Origin: Chloroflexota bacterium
GTDB lineage: Bacteria; Chloroflexota; Anaerolineae; Aggregatilineales; J027
Direction of reading: 5' to 3'
Length of the DNA stretch: 64,000 nucleotides
Assembly: GCA_003697365.1 (NCBI GenBank)
Contig: RFGP01000056.1
Coordinates: 463 to 64,462, forward strand
Below, one piece after another: positions 1 to 10,781 of the stretch; the first letter of the stretch is position 1, and each line of letters opens with the position of its first letter. The notes under the pieces are model-generated. The model was not told the DNA's origin, ran no database searches, and saw only the letters and a program-made list of their open reading frames with translations. The translations under genes were made by a program, and so were the position numbers.

Positions 1-23
1 ATGTACGTTGGGGTGATCAAGCA

Positions 24-713
24 ATGCATGTTGCTGAGCCAGAGAAAAACAAGGCTTATGATTTTATGTTAGTGCGCCAATATGAAATCGTACAAGACCG
101 CCCCGCAGTTTATCATGGACAAGACGTTCTGCGCTTTGGTGATATGAAACTCGAAATTGGTGATCGCGTGGAAGAGGGAAGCCGCAATTACAAACGCCCA
201 CGTTATGCCGAATTTTTAGTATCAATAGGTGAAGACGAACCAGAAGTATGGCAAATTAAACTGGACGGTAAATATCATCGCAAAAAAGATTATCGTGTGC
301 ATGTCACCAGCTATGACTTTGAGAGTGGTTGGTTTCAAGCGTATGGCATTAGTGTTGTAAAAGGTAAACCTAAAGAGTATATCGATGAAACCGAAGAAAT
401 GATAGCTGATGGTATCAGTGCTGATGCGCATATCGGTCACACTGAAGCATTAAGTCTTTCAGCAACACGCCTAGAGGAAGCTAAGCAAAACCCTAACGAA
501 GCAGTTCTACAAAAAGGCGAATCCCGTAATATTCAAAAAGTAGGGATTAAAATCCTAGATATTCGTCCCGGCGCTGTTGATGTGATGTTCCTTTCTCCAC
601 GTGTAGCAAAAACAACGCTTAATCATGGCCAAACATTCGATCTTGGGCGCTATGATGTCACACTCATTGGTGTGCATGGAGACAAAGCAATTTTGCGCGT
701 TGAAGAAGAATAA
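24..713 (+). CDS. hypothetical protein (5' end may lie beyond window edge)
   Basis: 229-codon ORF. ATG at 24, but the frame stays open to the window edge, so the true start may be upstream. No motif I recognise. Stop is followed by the hairpin at 747-775. Confidence 0.45.
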   Translation: MHVAEPEKNKAYDFMLVRQYEIVQDRPAVYHGQDVLRFGDMKLEIGDRVEEGSRNYKRPRYAEFLVSIGEDEPEVWQIKLDGKYHRKKDYRVHVTSYDFESGWFQAYGISVVKGKPKEYIDETEEMIADGISADAHIGHTEALSLSATRLEEAKQNPNEAVLQKGESRNIQKVGIKILDIRPGAVDVMFLSPRVAKTTLNHGQTFDLGRYDVTLIGVHGDKAILRVEEE

Positions 714-746
714 GTATTGAACATCTAACATTTGAATAACATTATC

Positions 747-775
747 CAATAGTGCCTTCTAATTTGGCACTATTG
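747..775. terminator. bidirectional terminator-like hairpin between convergent genes
   Basis: Perfect 10-bp stem caatagtgcc/ggcactattg with a 9-nt loop. U-tracts are weak on both strands. It overlaps the stop codon of the minus-strand gene. Confidence 0.45.
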
Positions 776-1678
776 TTCAACAATGCTCACAGTAATACCT
801 TGCCGATCTACACCTACGATAAAGGTGTCAGCAGCTATCTCATGTTCAGCAAAGGCTTCAACCATTGATTCTGCTATAGATTCATGAAAATTTTCGGCAA
901 TCGCTAGTAAAGCTGGCCCTTTACCTGATACAATCGTAGCGATGGCTCCTGACTCTAACGCTGCTGCATTGACGGCTTCATAGGCAGGAATCCGACCTAT
1001 ATAGTTAGGTTGATGTAACAAGTCTCCCATGCTTTGCCGTAACAAATCAAAATTCCCTAAACGCAACGCTTCAATCATTAATGCTGTTTGCCCCATGTTA
1101 TAGATAGCCTCATCCAATGAAACAAGTTTTGGAAACCCTATTTGATCGCCTTGATAATCTGGTAAAAAGGGAACAACTACTACAATCTTTAAAGGAACAA
1201 TATCTAAGGTATGATAGACAAATTGAGTTTCATTTTCGCTGCAGATACTTAAAGCTCCAAAAAGACCAGCGATGATGCTGGTTGGCGGGATATTCAAACC
1301 ACGAGCAATTTCGATAATATCTTCACGTTTTAAATCAGCTTGAATAAGATTGTTAGCGGCAACAATAGCTGCTAGCTGAATAGCGGCCTCTGCCCCTAAG
1401 CCAGCATCCCAAGGGATTTCACTATCAATTTCCAAATCAAAGCCTGATGGTGCTCGCTCAAAGCGTTGAAAAACCTTAATGGCAGCACGAACTGCTGGGT
1501 TATCAAAACTCGTTGGCATCACATCATTCAAATCACCGTTAAGATATATCTGCATTAAGCCATCATCGCGCGCCGTCATTTCAACAGATGCTCGCAATGT
1601 TAATGCCAAACCCACCACACGCAAGCCGGGGCCAAAATTTGTACTTGTAGCAGGAACAGTTACTTTAACTTTCAGCAC
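770..1678 (-). CDS. GHMP-kinase superfamily protein, homoserine-kinase-like, with degenerate phosphate-binding motif
   Basis: N-terminal 'VPATSTNFGPG' matches ThrB 'PxSxANLGPGFD'. The motif II region reads 'IPWDAGLGAEAA' where the GHMP consensus is 'PxGSGLGSSAA'. C-terminal 'VSGKGPA' matches 'SGAGPT'. GTG start with AAGGA about 9 nt upstream. Confidence 0.6.
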   Translation of the reverse strand: MLKVKVTVPATSTNFGPGLRVVGLALTLRASVEMTARDDGLMQIYLNGDLNDVMPTSFDNPAVRAAIKVFQRFERAPSGFDLEIDSEIPWDAGLGAEAAIQLAAIVAANNLIQADLKREDIIEIARGLNIPPTSIIAGLFGALSICSENETQFVYHTLDIVPLKIVVVVPFLPDYQGDQIGFPKLVSLDEAIYNMGQTALMIEALRLGNFDLLRQSMGDLLHQPNYIGRIPAYEAVNAAALESGAIATIVSGKGPALLAIAENFHESIAESMVEAFAEHEIAADTFIVGVDRQGITVSIVEQ

Positions 1679-1821
1679 AGCTTCATCCTTTTGTATTACA
1701 GCGAAACAACTATATTTTCCACAGCATGAAAATAAGGGACAAGGCTTGTCTCATTATTTTTCAATCGTTATGATGATAATTCATTAATGTTACCCAATCT
1801 CAGCAAGGATACCCATTATTA

Positions 1822-3423
1822 ATGCCTAAAAATCGGTTGAGTATTTATTGTGTCATTATCATAATTCTTTTAGTTCAGTTTGCATTACGTGCTATTAATC
1901 CAACAGCACAGGCATTCTTTTGGGATGAAAATCGCCACATTACACGTGCAGCCTCTATTTTAGAAGGCACCCATCCTGCAAAAGAAAGTAATGGGAAATT
2001 TTTATTATATGTATACCTAGCACCTTTTCATCCATCTCGCCAAATAGCGCTTCATGTTTCACGTACAGCTGTAGCTCTTTTTTCGTTGATCGGTTCAGCA
2101 GCAGCATTCGCCCTAGCTAGACGATTATTCGGACTATCGGCAGCATTAGTTGCTATTTTGTTTTACGCCTTTGTACCCTTTGCACTATTTTATGAGCGCA
2201 TGGTTCTTGCTGACGGAATGGCCGGTGCAATCGCCACATTAACTGCTTATGCGTGCGTGCGACTTGCGCAAAAACCCAGTTATCGTTGGGCAATGCTTGC
2301 AGGAGCACTTGCGGCGCTTGCTTCAATGGCAAAAGTAACTGTTGGTTTTGCTTCAGTATTTCTCCCTATTTTAGCGGGCTATACAATCGGTCAACATCCA
2401 ACAAGTCAAAAGCAAACTATCCCACAATGGGTAATAGCGCGCTGGCGACATTATTGGTGGTATTGGGTCGCAGCAGGAATAACCTATATTGTTTTTTGGT
2501 TGCCTACTTTGGTTCCAGCTTTTATTAGCAGGCTACAAGGCGAACATTATGTTTTAATTGATGCCACATCCCTTGATACTAGCTTTTTGTCGGAAAATGA
2601 CTCTACTCGCTACAATGAATTTCATCGTCAAATTGCTACAATGCTCTCTTGGCCAATGCTCATAGCAATGCTTGGCATCATAGGCATCACCCTCTGGAAG
2701 TATCCTCGCCGCGCGTGGTTACTTATTGGTTGGATCGCTCTTATCTGGGTACCCACTGCTGTTCTAGTGTGGCGAACCCAAACACGTTACTTAATGGCAG
2801 GCGTATTGCCCTTATCTATTTTGCTTGGTGGAGGAACAAGTATCATCACCCAATGGAAAGGATGGCAACAGTGGGGAGGAAAAAAAATAGCTTGGATGCT
2901 AATCGGTTTATTCTTTGTGAGTTGGGTTAGCGGATTCGCCGCACCATTTGCTTATCATGCAATCAACGATCCAACAGCTTTAACCGTCACCCGATGGGAT
3001 AATCGAGACTATTTTCAATCTCCTTGGAATGGATATGGGTTATTAGAGTCTTTACAATATTTACAAGAATATGGGCAACGCGGAGAAAATAATGCTGTTG
3101 AAGTAATGATGGTCGCCCATATGTGTCCATTTATGGACTTATACGAATTTGATAATGTTCAATGGACATGCATTATTGATGATGAAACAAACAGTAAAGA
3201 TTATAATGGTGAAATAGGGCACCCCATGTGGCGCAACGCAACTCAGTTTGCGCTAGAACATGACAATGAGCATGTATATTTAATTCTTGAACAACACCGC
3301 AACACGCTTGAAATTCCGACCATTCCTTTTGAACATCCAAAGTTAATTTGGAAAGAAATCAAGCGCTTTCAAAGACCTCATAACGGGCTCTGGGTTACGG
3401 TATGGGAAGTATATAGTCAATAA
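1822..3423 (+). CDS. integral-membrane glycosyltransferase, GT-C fold (PMT/ArnT, GT39/GT83-like)
   Basis: 533 aa with many hydrophobic helices. Acidic first-loop motif 'FFWDENRH' is typical of GT-C enzymes. Soluble C-terminal domain. Confidence 0.6.
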   Translation: MPKNRLSIYCVIIIILLVQFALRAINPTAQAFFWDENRHITRAASILEGTHPAKESNGKFLLYVYLAPFHPSRQIALHVSRTAVALFSLIGSAAAFALARRLFGLSAALVAILFYAFVPFALFYERMVLADGMAGAIATLTAYACVRLAQKPSYRWAMLAGALAALASMAKVTVGFASVFLPILAGYTIGQHPTSQKQTIPQWVIARWRHYWWYWVAAGITYIVFWLPTLVPAFISRLQGEHYVLIDATSLDTSFLSENDSTRYNEFHRQIATMLSWPMLIAMLGIIGITLWKYPRRAWLLIGWIALIWVPTAVLVWRTQTRYLMAGVLPLSILLGGGTSIITQWKGWQQWGGKKIAWMLIGLFFVSWVSGFAAPFAYHAINDPTALTVTRWDNRDYFQSPWNGYGLLESLQYLQEYGQRGENNAVEVMMVAHMCPFMDLYEFDNVQWTCIIDDETNSKDYNGEIGHPMWRNATQFALEHDNEHVYLILEQHRNTLEIPTIPFEHPKLIWKEIKRFQRPHNGLWVTVWEVYSQ

Positions 3424-3426
3424 CTA

Positions 3427-3792
3427 TTATTCAATCACAGCCACCGCACGATAAACTGTAATCAACAAAATGATGAAGCCAATACTATAAAGCCGTTGCG
3501 CGAGTATTTGATTATCAGTTTGTCGTTCAAAGTAAAAAATAGCTGGCAAAATGATAAGCGCCACCATCCAATATGCGATATTTAATGCGCTAGGACTATT
3601 ATTTGGTGCAACCACTAGGCCGATAAGTGCTAAGAAAACACTCAGCGATACCAATCCACCGCTATACAAAACGCCTGTAAAATACATCTTTGTTACAGGC
3701 TGAAGGCGTATAAGTTGTATAATTGAGAACAAAGTCATAAATGCCACCATTAACAGTGTCGCGCGTGCAATAACTTCATGTACAGTCCACAC
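3427..3792 (-). CDS. small polytopic membrane protein
   Basis: 121 aa, about 4 hydrophobic helices. GTG start 2 nt after the stop of the upstream histidine kinase, so probably co-translated. Confidence 0.4.
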   Translation of the reverse strand: MWTVHEVIARATLLMVAFMTLFSIIQLIRLQPVTKMYFTGVLYSGGLVSLSVFLALIGLVVAPNNSPSALNIAYWMVALIILPAIFYFERQTDNQILAQRLYSIGFIILLITVYRAVAVIE

Positions 3793-3794
3793 TT

Positions 3795-6155
3795 TTATTC
3801 CTCATCACTTACTTTCAATGGCAGGCTAAAAGTAAACGTTGATCCTTTGCCTAATTGGCTAGATACACTAATTTTCCCACCGTGCGCCTCAACTAGTTTG
3901 CGAACAATATAAAGTCCTAAGCCTGTTCCTTCTTGTTTTTCAGCCTCGCCCGACACCCGTGTAAACTTATCAAATAGTGTTGGAATTGCTTGGTCAGGAA
4001 TACCAATACCTGTATCTTCTACATCAACATACACAAAATCACCGTTCACACGTGCTCGCACACAGGCTTGGCCATCTTCAGGCGTATATTTAATCGCATT
4101 ACTCACTAAATTACCAATAACTTGTGTGATGCGTTGCGGATCAATATATAAGGTTGGCAATTCACTCGGTATATCAATATTCACTTGAATGCGCTTGTTA
4201 TCACTTAAAACACGATACTTTTCAACAACCCCTTGTATAATATCTAATATGGAGCATTTTTCTCGTTCTAAACGGATGCCTGCATCAATACGCGCAACAT
4301 TCAACAAATCATCGATAAGGTTAGTCATATCTTCAACGGCTTTCTTAGCACGTTCAATATATAAACTACCGCGTTCGCTTACTTGTTCGGTCATTTCAAG
4401 TAAGCCTATATAACCCTTAATGGCACTCAATGGTGTTTTTAAGTCATGAGAAACAGTAGCCACCAGTTCATTTTTCAGCTTATCAATCTCTTTGAAAAGA
4501 GTAATGTCATGTAATACTAAGGAATATCCGACATCTGCTACTGGGAGCATAAAGGCTTGAAATGATGCGCCATTGAATTCAAATTCTTGGACATACATTT
4601 CTTCAGATGAACGGCCATTTTGATAAACATCAACAATTGGTGTGCCAGTAAAAATAGCGTCTAAAGGTTCATATTCAACATTGCTCTCTAGATTAAAAAT
4701 TTGTCGAGCACTATCATTCACTAATATCAACCGATGTTCAGTGTCTGTCACAATAACACCATCGGCAGTCGTTGCGAGTATTGCATTAAGTTTTTGCCGT
4801 TCTTGTTGGGCTTCGCGCAATAAGCTAGCATTAAACATAGCAACTGAAGCACGATCACATAGCTGAGCAACTCGTGCTCGCTCTGTCACAGAAAAACCAT
4901 CAACAATGTTTTTCTCTAAAGACAACAACGCTATAACATTATTATCCCGCTTTATAGGCACAACGTATTGAGAGCGCGTTTTTGGGGAAAGTGGCAAAAA
5001 GTCCGAATCTGCCTCTATATCTGGCACATAGATTGTTGTCCCCGATTGAACTGCGCGCCCTGTAATACCACGTTCCCAACTATGCCATTGCCCTTCTTCT
5101 AAAACATTGTCTAACATTTGCGGGTCATATCCATAGCTTGCTACCAATTCTAAGCGGCCTTCACGCTCATTCACTAACATCACACAACCAGAATCGGCAA
5201 AAGACAAGCGAATGCCCCAATCAAGCCATAATGTACTCACACGTTTTACGCTTATTACATTATTTAATTCACGATCAATCTGATAAACATAGCGTAACGT
5301 TTCAAGCTGAGCATCCAAACTCTGAATAGTGGTACGTTGCTCGTAAACATAGTTGCTTGCTCGTTCTTGCTGCCACAAATACAATGCCCATGTTCCCCCC
5401 ACCATCAACGGCATGAATGCAAACAATAAGGCAATTGTTGGAAAAAGGCCTACAAGTATTCCGCTCAACAAAAGTGCCGTTGCTATTGCACCCACTACAA
5501 GGCCTATAATTCTAGAACGATGTAAACGCTCTGGCCATGTTAATTGCCACTCAAAATAAGATTCTTCATCAACGACTTCGCGTTCCACAACAAGCGGCTC
5601 AAAACCTGTCAGCTGTAAATGCATATGATGCAGTAATGTGCCCAACAGCTCACGCATATCTTGTAGATAAAACCCTTGATTATCCCAATGAACTTGCATA
5701 AATGCGGGCGTAATATCCCACTGCAAACTCAAAACGCGAAAATGTGGCATACTTACTTTCAAATCTGTATAAGTTAAAGGTTTAAGCTGAAGAGACAACC
5801 AATGATAGATTGTTATTTTGGGAAACAATTTTCGCCAACTAGCGACAGGGTGAGCTTGTACAATTATTTCTGATAAGCAAATATTGAAATAATGAATATC
5901 ACTACAAAGTTGAATAGCGTAATGATAAGATAACCAAAATGCTTCATAAGGATAGTGTTTCTTAGCAATATCCTTAATACTTAGCGCATTTTGTGGATGA
6001 AAGGTTTGGTTGAACAATTCTAACCATTGAGTGAGTACTTTGTTGTTAGCAGCACTTGCTTTTTCAAGCGCATGGTAAACATACAAAATCCACTCACCAC
6101 AAAGAAAAGTTTGATCAGATTGATCAGCAACATTACGAATAGCAATTGTGTTCAT
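3795..6155 (-). CDS. sensor histidine kinase (unknown N-terminal domain, 2 TM, GAF, PAS, HisKA, HATPase_c)
   Basis: H-box '[18 protein letters not shown]', N-box 'LVSNAIKYT', G-boxes 'DTGIGIP' and 'GTGLGLYIV'. A GAF-like block and a PAS-like block lie upstream. Confidence 0.85.
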   Translation of the reverse strand: MNTIAIRNVADQSDQTFLCGEWILYVYHALEKASAANNKVLTQWLELFNQTFHPQNALSIKDIAKKHYPYEAFWLSYHYAIQLCSDIHYFNICLSEIIVQAHPVASWRKLFPKITIYHWLSLQLKPLTYTDLKVSMPHFRVLSLQWDITPAFMQVHWDNQGFYLQDMRELLGTLLHHMHLQLTGFEPLVVEREVVDEESYFEWQLTWPERLHRSRIIGLVVGAIATALLLSGILVGLFPTIALLFAFMPLMVGGTWALYLWQQERASNYVYEQRTTIQSLDAQLETLRYVYQIDRELNNVISVKRVSTLWLDWGIRLSFADSGCVMLVNEREGRLELVASYGYDPQMLDNVLEEGQWHSWERGITGRAVQSGTTIYVPDIEADSDFLPLSPKTRSQYVVPIKRDNNVIALLSLEKNIVDGFSVTERARVAQLCDRASVAMFNASLLREAQQERQKLNAILATTADGVIVTDTEHRLILVNDSARQIFNLESNVEYEPLDAIFTGTPIVDVYQNGRSSEEMYVQEFEFNGASFQAFMLPVADVGYSLVLHDITLFKEIDKLKNELVATVSHDLKTPLSAIKGYIGLLEMTEQVSERGSLYIERAKKAVEDMTNLIDDLLNVARIDAGIRLEREKCSILDIIQGVVEKYRVLSDNKRIQVNIDIPSELPTLYIDPQRITQVIGNLVSNAIKYTPEDGQACVRARVNGDFVYVDVEDTGIGIPDQAIPTLFDKFTRVSGEAEKQEGTGLGLYIVRKLVEAHGGKISVSSQLGKGSTFTFSLPLKVSDEE

Positions 6156-6258
6156 GTAACATAAATCCCTGAGTGCCCAATTGGCGTTTACGAATAGAAA
6201 TCCATTATTGGTTTATCCATATGAAGCTATACATGAGTATTAACTGAGAGCTGAAATT

Positions 6259-6927
6259 TTGCAACTGCTATATAAAATTCGTAAAAGATATAAACAAACT
6301 TCATATCCTGTGTTATCAAGTCAAGAAGCCTACAGACAATGGGCTGATAAATACCCTCCGCTACCGCATAACCCCCTTATGCAAGCAGAGCATGAGGGAA
6401 TGAAAAACTTGATGCCCAATCTTCAAAATTGCACCGTTCTAGATTTAGCCTGTGGAACAGGTCGGTGGGGGAAGTGGGCACTTGAGAACGGCGCAAATTT
6501 TGTAATCGGCATTGACAACAGTATTTCCATGTTAAAGTCTGCTGAACTAGCTCAACGTATACAAGCTGATATGACTACCCTACCATTAGCAAGTAATAGC
6601 ATTGACGTTGTTCTTTGTGGTTTAGCACTAGGGCATTTACCTTCTTACGATATGCAAGCAACGTTTCATGAGTTCAGTCGTGTTCTAAAACCAAAAGGAG
6701 TTGCCCTTATCAGTGATTTTCACCCTATTTTGGCATGGACAGGAGCACAACGCACTTTTCAAGGTAAAGATGGGAAAACCTATGCTGTCCAACATCATAT
6801 TCATAGTTACGCTGATTATTTTGCCGCCAGCCAAAAAGCAAATTTACAATTAACGGGTGTTCAAGAACCCGTGCAACCGCAAACACAAAAACCGCTAGTC
6901 CTAGTTTTACGCTTGACTAAAAGTTAG
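6259..6927 (+). CDS. class I SAM-dependent methyltransferase
   Basis: Motif I 'VLDLACGTGRWG' and post-I acidic residue. TTG start is uncertain. Confidence 0.7.
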   Translation: MQLLYKIRKRYKQTSYPVLSSQEAYRQWADKYPPLPHNPLMQAEHEGMKNLMPNLQNCTVLDLACGTGRWGKWALENGANFVIGIDNSISMLKSAELAQRIQADMTTLPLASNSIDVVLCGLALGHLPSYDMQATFHEFSRVLKPKGVALISDFHPILAWTGAQRTFQGKDGKTYAVQHHIHSYADYFAASQKANLQLTGVQEPVQPQTQKPLVLVLRLTKS

Positions 6928-6986
6928 CGCATCCGCAATAATCAGTTACACCAAAACAGTAAAAAGCATATAAGTAAAACTCCCAT

Positions 6987-8051
6987 ATGACTATTTCCAA
7001 ATTACACAATCTTGATACGAGTTCACTACTCAAACCCATTCAAATTGGCAACATCACCATCAACACTCCGCTCACATTAGCGCCGATGGATGGAATGACA
7101 AACTATGCATTTCGACGTTTAGTGAGAGAATATTCAGGAGAAGATTGTGGCTTAGTTTGTACTGAGCTTTTGAGTAGTCTTATTTTAACAAGCCCACACC
7201 ATCCTCGTAGCCGAGCAAAGTTTGATTGGCAACCGACTATTGAGTTCCCATTTGCCGTGCAGATTTACGGCAATGATCCAGCGATGATGGCAGATGCCGC
7301 ACAAATATTGGTTGAGGCTGGCGCGCCAATTATTGACATTAATATGGGATGTTGGGTACCCAAAATTGCGAGAAAAGGCGGTGGAGCTGGCTTGCTTCGT
7401 GATGTCTGTACAGCTACAGCTGTTGTTGATGCTGTTGTACAAGCCGTTGATGTACCTGTAACTGTCAAAGTGCGAGCGGGATATGAAGTTGGCCAACCTA
7501 CAGCAATCAATTTTGCAAAAGCGGCAGAAGATGTCGGCGCAAAGCTCATTGCCGTTCATTGGCGCTATGCAAAACAAGGATTTCGTCCAATACCACCAGA
7601 TTGGACAATTATTCGCCAAGTAAAAGAAGCTGTGCGTTCAATTCCAGTGCTTGGCAATGGAGATGTAAAAACTACTGCTGATGCTATTAAAATGATGCTA
7701 GAAACCGATTGTGATGGCGTTATGATTGGGCGCGCAGCAGCAGGACATCCTTGGCTATTTAAGCAAATCGCTCATGAAATCCGTACAGGAGAACCTTTTC
7801 CCTTACCTTCAATGGCTACACGAGCACAAGCTGCGCTTGATCACGCCCGTGTCATGGTCGAAACGAGTGAACATTCTGACGAAACAGTGACAATTCTCGA
7901 ATTACGTGGACGCTTGCATCAATATTTTGATGAGTTTGTTGAAGAAGATGAGCGCATTGCGCAACTGCGTTATCATTTAGTACGTGTCAATACACTAGCA
8001 GACATTGAAGCCCTGCTTATGCCATTCATTGAAGAAAGAGAGTATATCTAA
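6987..8051 (+). CDS. dus: tRNA-dihydrouridine synthase
   Basis: 'LAPMDGMTNYAFRRL', 'IDINMGCWVPKIARKGGGAGLL' (catalytic Cys context) and 'DGVMIGRAA' are characteristic of the Dus family. Confidence 0.85.
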   Translation: MTISKLHNLDTSSLLKPIQIGNITINTPLTLAPMDGMTNYAFRRLVREYSGEDCGLVCTELLSSLILTSPHHPRSRAKFDWQPTIEFPFAVQIYGNDPAMMADAAQILVEAGAPIIDINMGCWVPKIARKGGGAGLLRDVCTATAVVDAVVQAVDVPVTVKVRAGYEVGQPTAINFAKAAEDVGAKLIAVHWRYAKQGFRPIPPDWTIIRQVKEAVRSIPVLGNGDVKTTADAIKMMLETDCDGVMIGRAAAGHPWLFKQIAHEIRTGEPFPLPSMATRAQAALDHARVMVETSEHSDETVTILELRGRLHQYFDEFVEEDERIAQLRYHLVRVNTLADIEALLMPFIEEREYI

Positions 8052-8649
8052 TTTGAATTGGGAACTGATCGGTGAAATTGTGCTCATCCAAATTCAATTG
8101 CGGCCTATTAAGCTAGGAGAAATTAAACGTGTTTATGCCCCCAAAGGTTGTTTACAAACTGTTGATAGCATTACACTTCAACCTGAAGGCATCACCACAT
8201 ACTTAAACGATCAAGTCGTTTACGATGTGCATCATAGACATCATCCACAATCACGTTATAGACAAAGTAATGCTGTCTCTTTCGGCTTTACTAGTCACTA
8301 TGAAAAAATGAAAGCGCGCTTCGGCGAAAACATCACGCTTGGTGTTGCTGCTGAAAACATCATTGTTCAAAGCAATACCATTTGGGCAGAATCCGATTTT
8401 GCCAATGGGGTAGCCATACAAAATAATGATGGCGAAAGGGTATTATTAGATGGCATTTTTGCCATTCCACCTTGCAAGCCTTTTACGGCATTTTGCATGG
8501 GAGAAAAGGAAGTTGACGATCAGCGTCAAACAGTCAAAGAAAACCTTCAATTCTTATTTGACGGCACACGAGGATTCTGTGCAGAGCTAGCACAACCTAT
8601 CACTTTTCAAGTCCAAATTGGTGATACATTATGGCGTGCCATACCTTAA
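8005..8649 (+). CDS. MOSC-domain-like protein
   Basis: 'FGENITLGV' and the conserved Cys context 'IPPCKPF' resemble MOSC domains. ATG 8005 overlaps dus by 47 nt. TTG 8053 or GTG 8080 are alternative starts. Confidence 0.45.
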   Translation: MKPCLCHSLKKESISNLNWELIGEIVLIQIQLRPIKLGEIKRVYAPKGCLQTVDSITLQPEGITTYLNDQVVYDVHHRHHPQSRYRQSNAVSFGFTSHYEKMKARFGENITLGVAAENIIVQSNTIWAESDFANGVAIQNNDGERVLLDGIFAIPPCKPFTAFCMGEKEVDDQRQTVKENLQFLFDGTRGFCAELAQPITFQVQIGDTLWRAIP

Positions 8650-8650
8650 G

Positions 8651-9874
8651 CTAAGTTCCGCCTAAGCGCAGTGCACGCCAAACTTGTTTCACTGTTAATC
8701 GCTGTCCATACATTAACATTCCTGCACGGAAAATCCTTGCCCCACCCCACATGATCACTAATAAGCTGATGATTAAAATCAAAATACTGACGTATACCCA
8801 CGCAATAGAAATAGTACCAAAGGATAGTACCATCAATATTGCAAGGGGTGATGTAATAGGAAATAGCAAAAACAGATAAGCAAAAACGTTATCCGACGAA
8901 AAGAAAACACTAATAAAACCTATGGGTAATACCGCCAGTAAATTAAAAATAACAGCGAATTGGCGTGCTTCCTGTTCAGCTGAAAAAATAGCACCAACAC
9001 TTATTGCCAAACCAGAAAACATCAAATAAGCTAAAATATATAGTCCGATAAAGCGCACAAGCTCAAAAATCCCCACGCCAGAAGCAGCAATAAAATCACT
9101 AATATCCGTTTGGATATAAGCCATTCCCCCTCCAACAACACTCCATACAGCAACTTGTGTTAGGCCAATGGCCCCCAATCCAAACATTTTTCCCCATATT
9201 AAGTCGTATACCGTACAGCTACTAGCCAAAATTTCCATCATGCGGTTTTCTTTTTCTTCAACAATACCGCTCATCAAAAATTGCGCAGTAATGGTTACTG
9301 TCAAAAACAAGAAAAATCCAAAGCCAAAAGGAGTGAAAAATCTAGCAATCAGGTCTTCTTGTCCCTCAAAAGTTGAGTTATCTTCTAGAAAATGGAAACG
9401 TTCAACATCAAAGGGATCATCTAGCTGGGCGATAGGGTTTTCAGAAGGCAATAAAGACTTTAAACCTTCAATCAGAATCTTGTTGACTTCTTCTTCTAAA
9501 GCAAGAGGAAAATCGCTTGTTGTCGCATAAAAATCAATTTGCCCGCCATTCGTCATATAATCTTCAGAAACAACAAAATAGGCATCAATGTCGCCATTTT
9601 CTAATGCTAAACGCGCTTCTTCTTCATTAGAAAAACGCAGAAAACGCTCTGGTGGGCTAACATTTTCTAATAACTTAACACTAGAAAGATCAATAAAGCC
9701 TACACGATTAAACCCAGATAGATCGTTTTCATTACTATCAATAAATGTAAAAATTCCATATAGAATAATGCCCAAAATGAGAGGCATTCCAAAAGCAGTG
9801 AACAGATAAATCGGTCGCCGAAAATTCGTGATATATTCGCGCTTTGCAACAATCCAAATTTTATTGGTGACCAT
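8651..9874 (-). CDS. ABC-2 type transporter permease (NatB-like)
   Basis: N-terminal TM helix, large extracytoplasmic loop, then about 5 C-terminal TM helices. ATG at 9874 overlaps the stop of the upstream ATPase gene by 14 nt. Confidence 0.7.
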   Translation of the reverse strand: MVTNKIWIVAKREYITNFRRPIYLFTAFGMPLILGIILYGIFTFIDSNENDLSGFNRVGFIDLSSVKLLENVSPPERFLRFSNEEEARLALENGDIDAYFVVSEDYMTNGGQIDFYATTSDFPLALEEEVNKILIEGLKSLLPSENPIAQLDDPFDVERFHFLEDNSTFEGQEDLIARFFTPFGFGFFLFLTVTITAQFLMSGIVEEKENRMMEILASSCTVYDLIWGKMFGLGAIGLTQVAVWSVVGGGMAYIQTDISDFIAASGVGIFELVRFIGLYILAYLMFSGLAISVGAIFSAEQEARQFAVIFNLLAVLPIGFISVFFSSDNVFAYLFLLFPITSPLAILMVLSFGTISIAWVYVSILILIISLLVIMWGGARIFRAGMLMYGQRLTVKQVWRALRLGGT

Positions 9875-10766
9875 TTTGCACCACCTGAATAAAAATTTCA
9901 TCCAAGCCGGGAATAGCTAATTCATAACGTTGTACAACATAATCAGGGTTAGTTGCTAATGCAGCCATAATTTGTGATGGGGAACAATCAGGTTGTAAAT
10001 GAAGCATTACTTCACGATTATCTTTTATCTCCACATGTGCCACCCCTTGTAATTTTTCCCAATCACCAGTTCCTTCTACGATCACTGCATTTTTAGCATA
10101 TTGGCGACGTACGTCATCAACGTTACCATACAACATACGCTGTCCTCTTGAAATCATCAGCATTCGATCTGCCATTGTCTCCACTTGGTGCATTTGGTGT
10201 GTAGACATCATGATCGTTGTGCCATTTTGCCGCAACTCAAACAAAATATCTTTAATAAGCTGAGTATTCACTGGATCAAGCCCGCTAAAGGGTTCATCAA
10301 TAATGATAAATTCTGGTCTATGCAAAATAGTAGCCACAAATTGAACCTTCTGAGCCATACCACGACTCAGTGCACTGACCTTGCTTTTAGCATGTTCAGC
10401 TAACCCAACACGCTCCAACCAATAATAAGCCTGCTGTTCAGCTTGTTTAGCGCTTAATCCTTTTAGTTGCCCTAGATAACGCAATAATGGGATCAGAGGG
10501 GCATTTTTATATAAACCACGTTCTTCAGGTAAATATCCAATGCGCTCTTTTGTGGCTTCTGTAAAAGGTTCACCAAAAAGTAAGACTCGTCCTTTGTCCG
10601 GCTTAATGATGTCAAGGATAATGCGGATGGTAGTTGTCTTTCCGGCCCCATTCGGTCCTAAGATGGCGAATATCTCACCTTGTTCGATTTCAAAACTCAA
10701 ATCATCAACAGCATGATGATCACCATAGTATTTATCAATATGCTCAACAACGAGCGTTCGTGACAT
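9861..10766 (-). CDS. ABC transporter ATP-binding protein
   Basis: Walker A 'GPNGAGKTT', signature 'LSRGMAQKV', Walker B 'IIIDEPFSGLD', H-loop 'STHQM'. Confidence 0.9.
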   Translation of the reverse strand: MSRTLVVEHIDKYYGDHHAVDDLSFEIEQGEIFAILGPNGAGKTTTIRIILDIIKPDKGRVLLFGEPFTEATKERIGYLPEERGLYKNAPLIPLLRYLGQLKGLSAKQAEQQAYYWLERVGLAEHAKSKVSALSRGMAQKVQFVATILHRPEFIIIDEPFSGLDPVNTQLIKDILFELRQNGTTIMMSTHQMHQVETMADRMLMISRGQRMLYGNVDDVRRQYAKNAVIVEGTGDWEKLQGVAHVEIKDNREVMLHLQPDCSPSQIMAALATNPDYVVQRYELAIPGLDEIFIQVVQNGHQ

Positions 10767-10781
10767 ACTAAAATCCTTCCG

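Noticed and set aside
7185-7619. 144-aa and 94-aa ORFs antisense to dus
   Set aside because: Both are embedded in a gene with clear family motifs. Their translations are low-complexity and Cys/Ala-rich with no RBS. They are typical shadow ORFs, as are the other internal or antisense ORFs in the track (e.g. 1479-1787, 9168-9530, 43678-44061, 39125-39460, 61913-62254).
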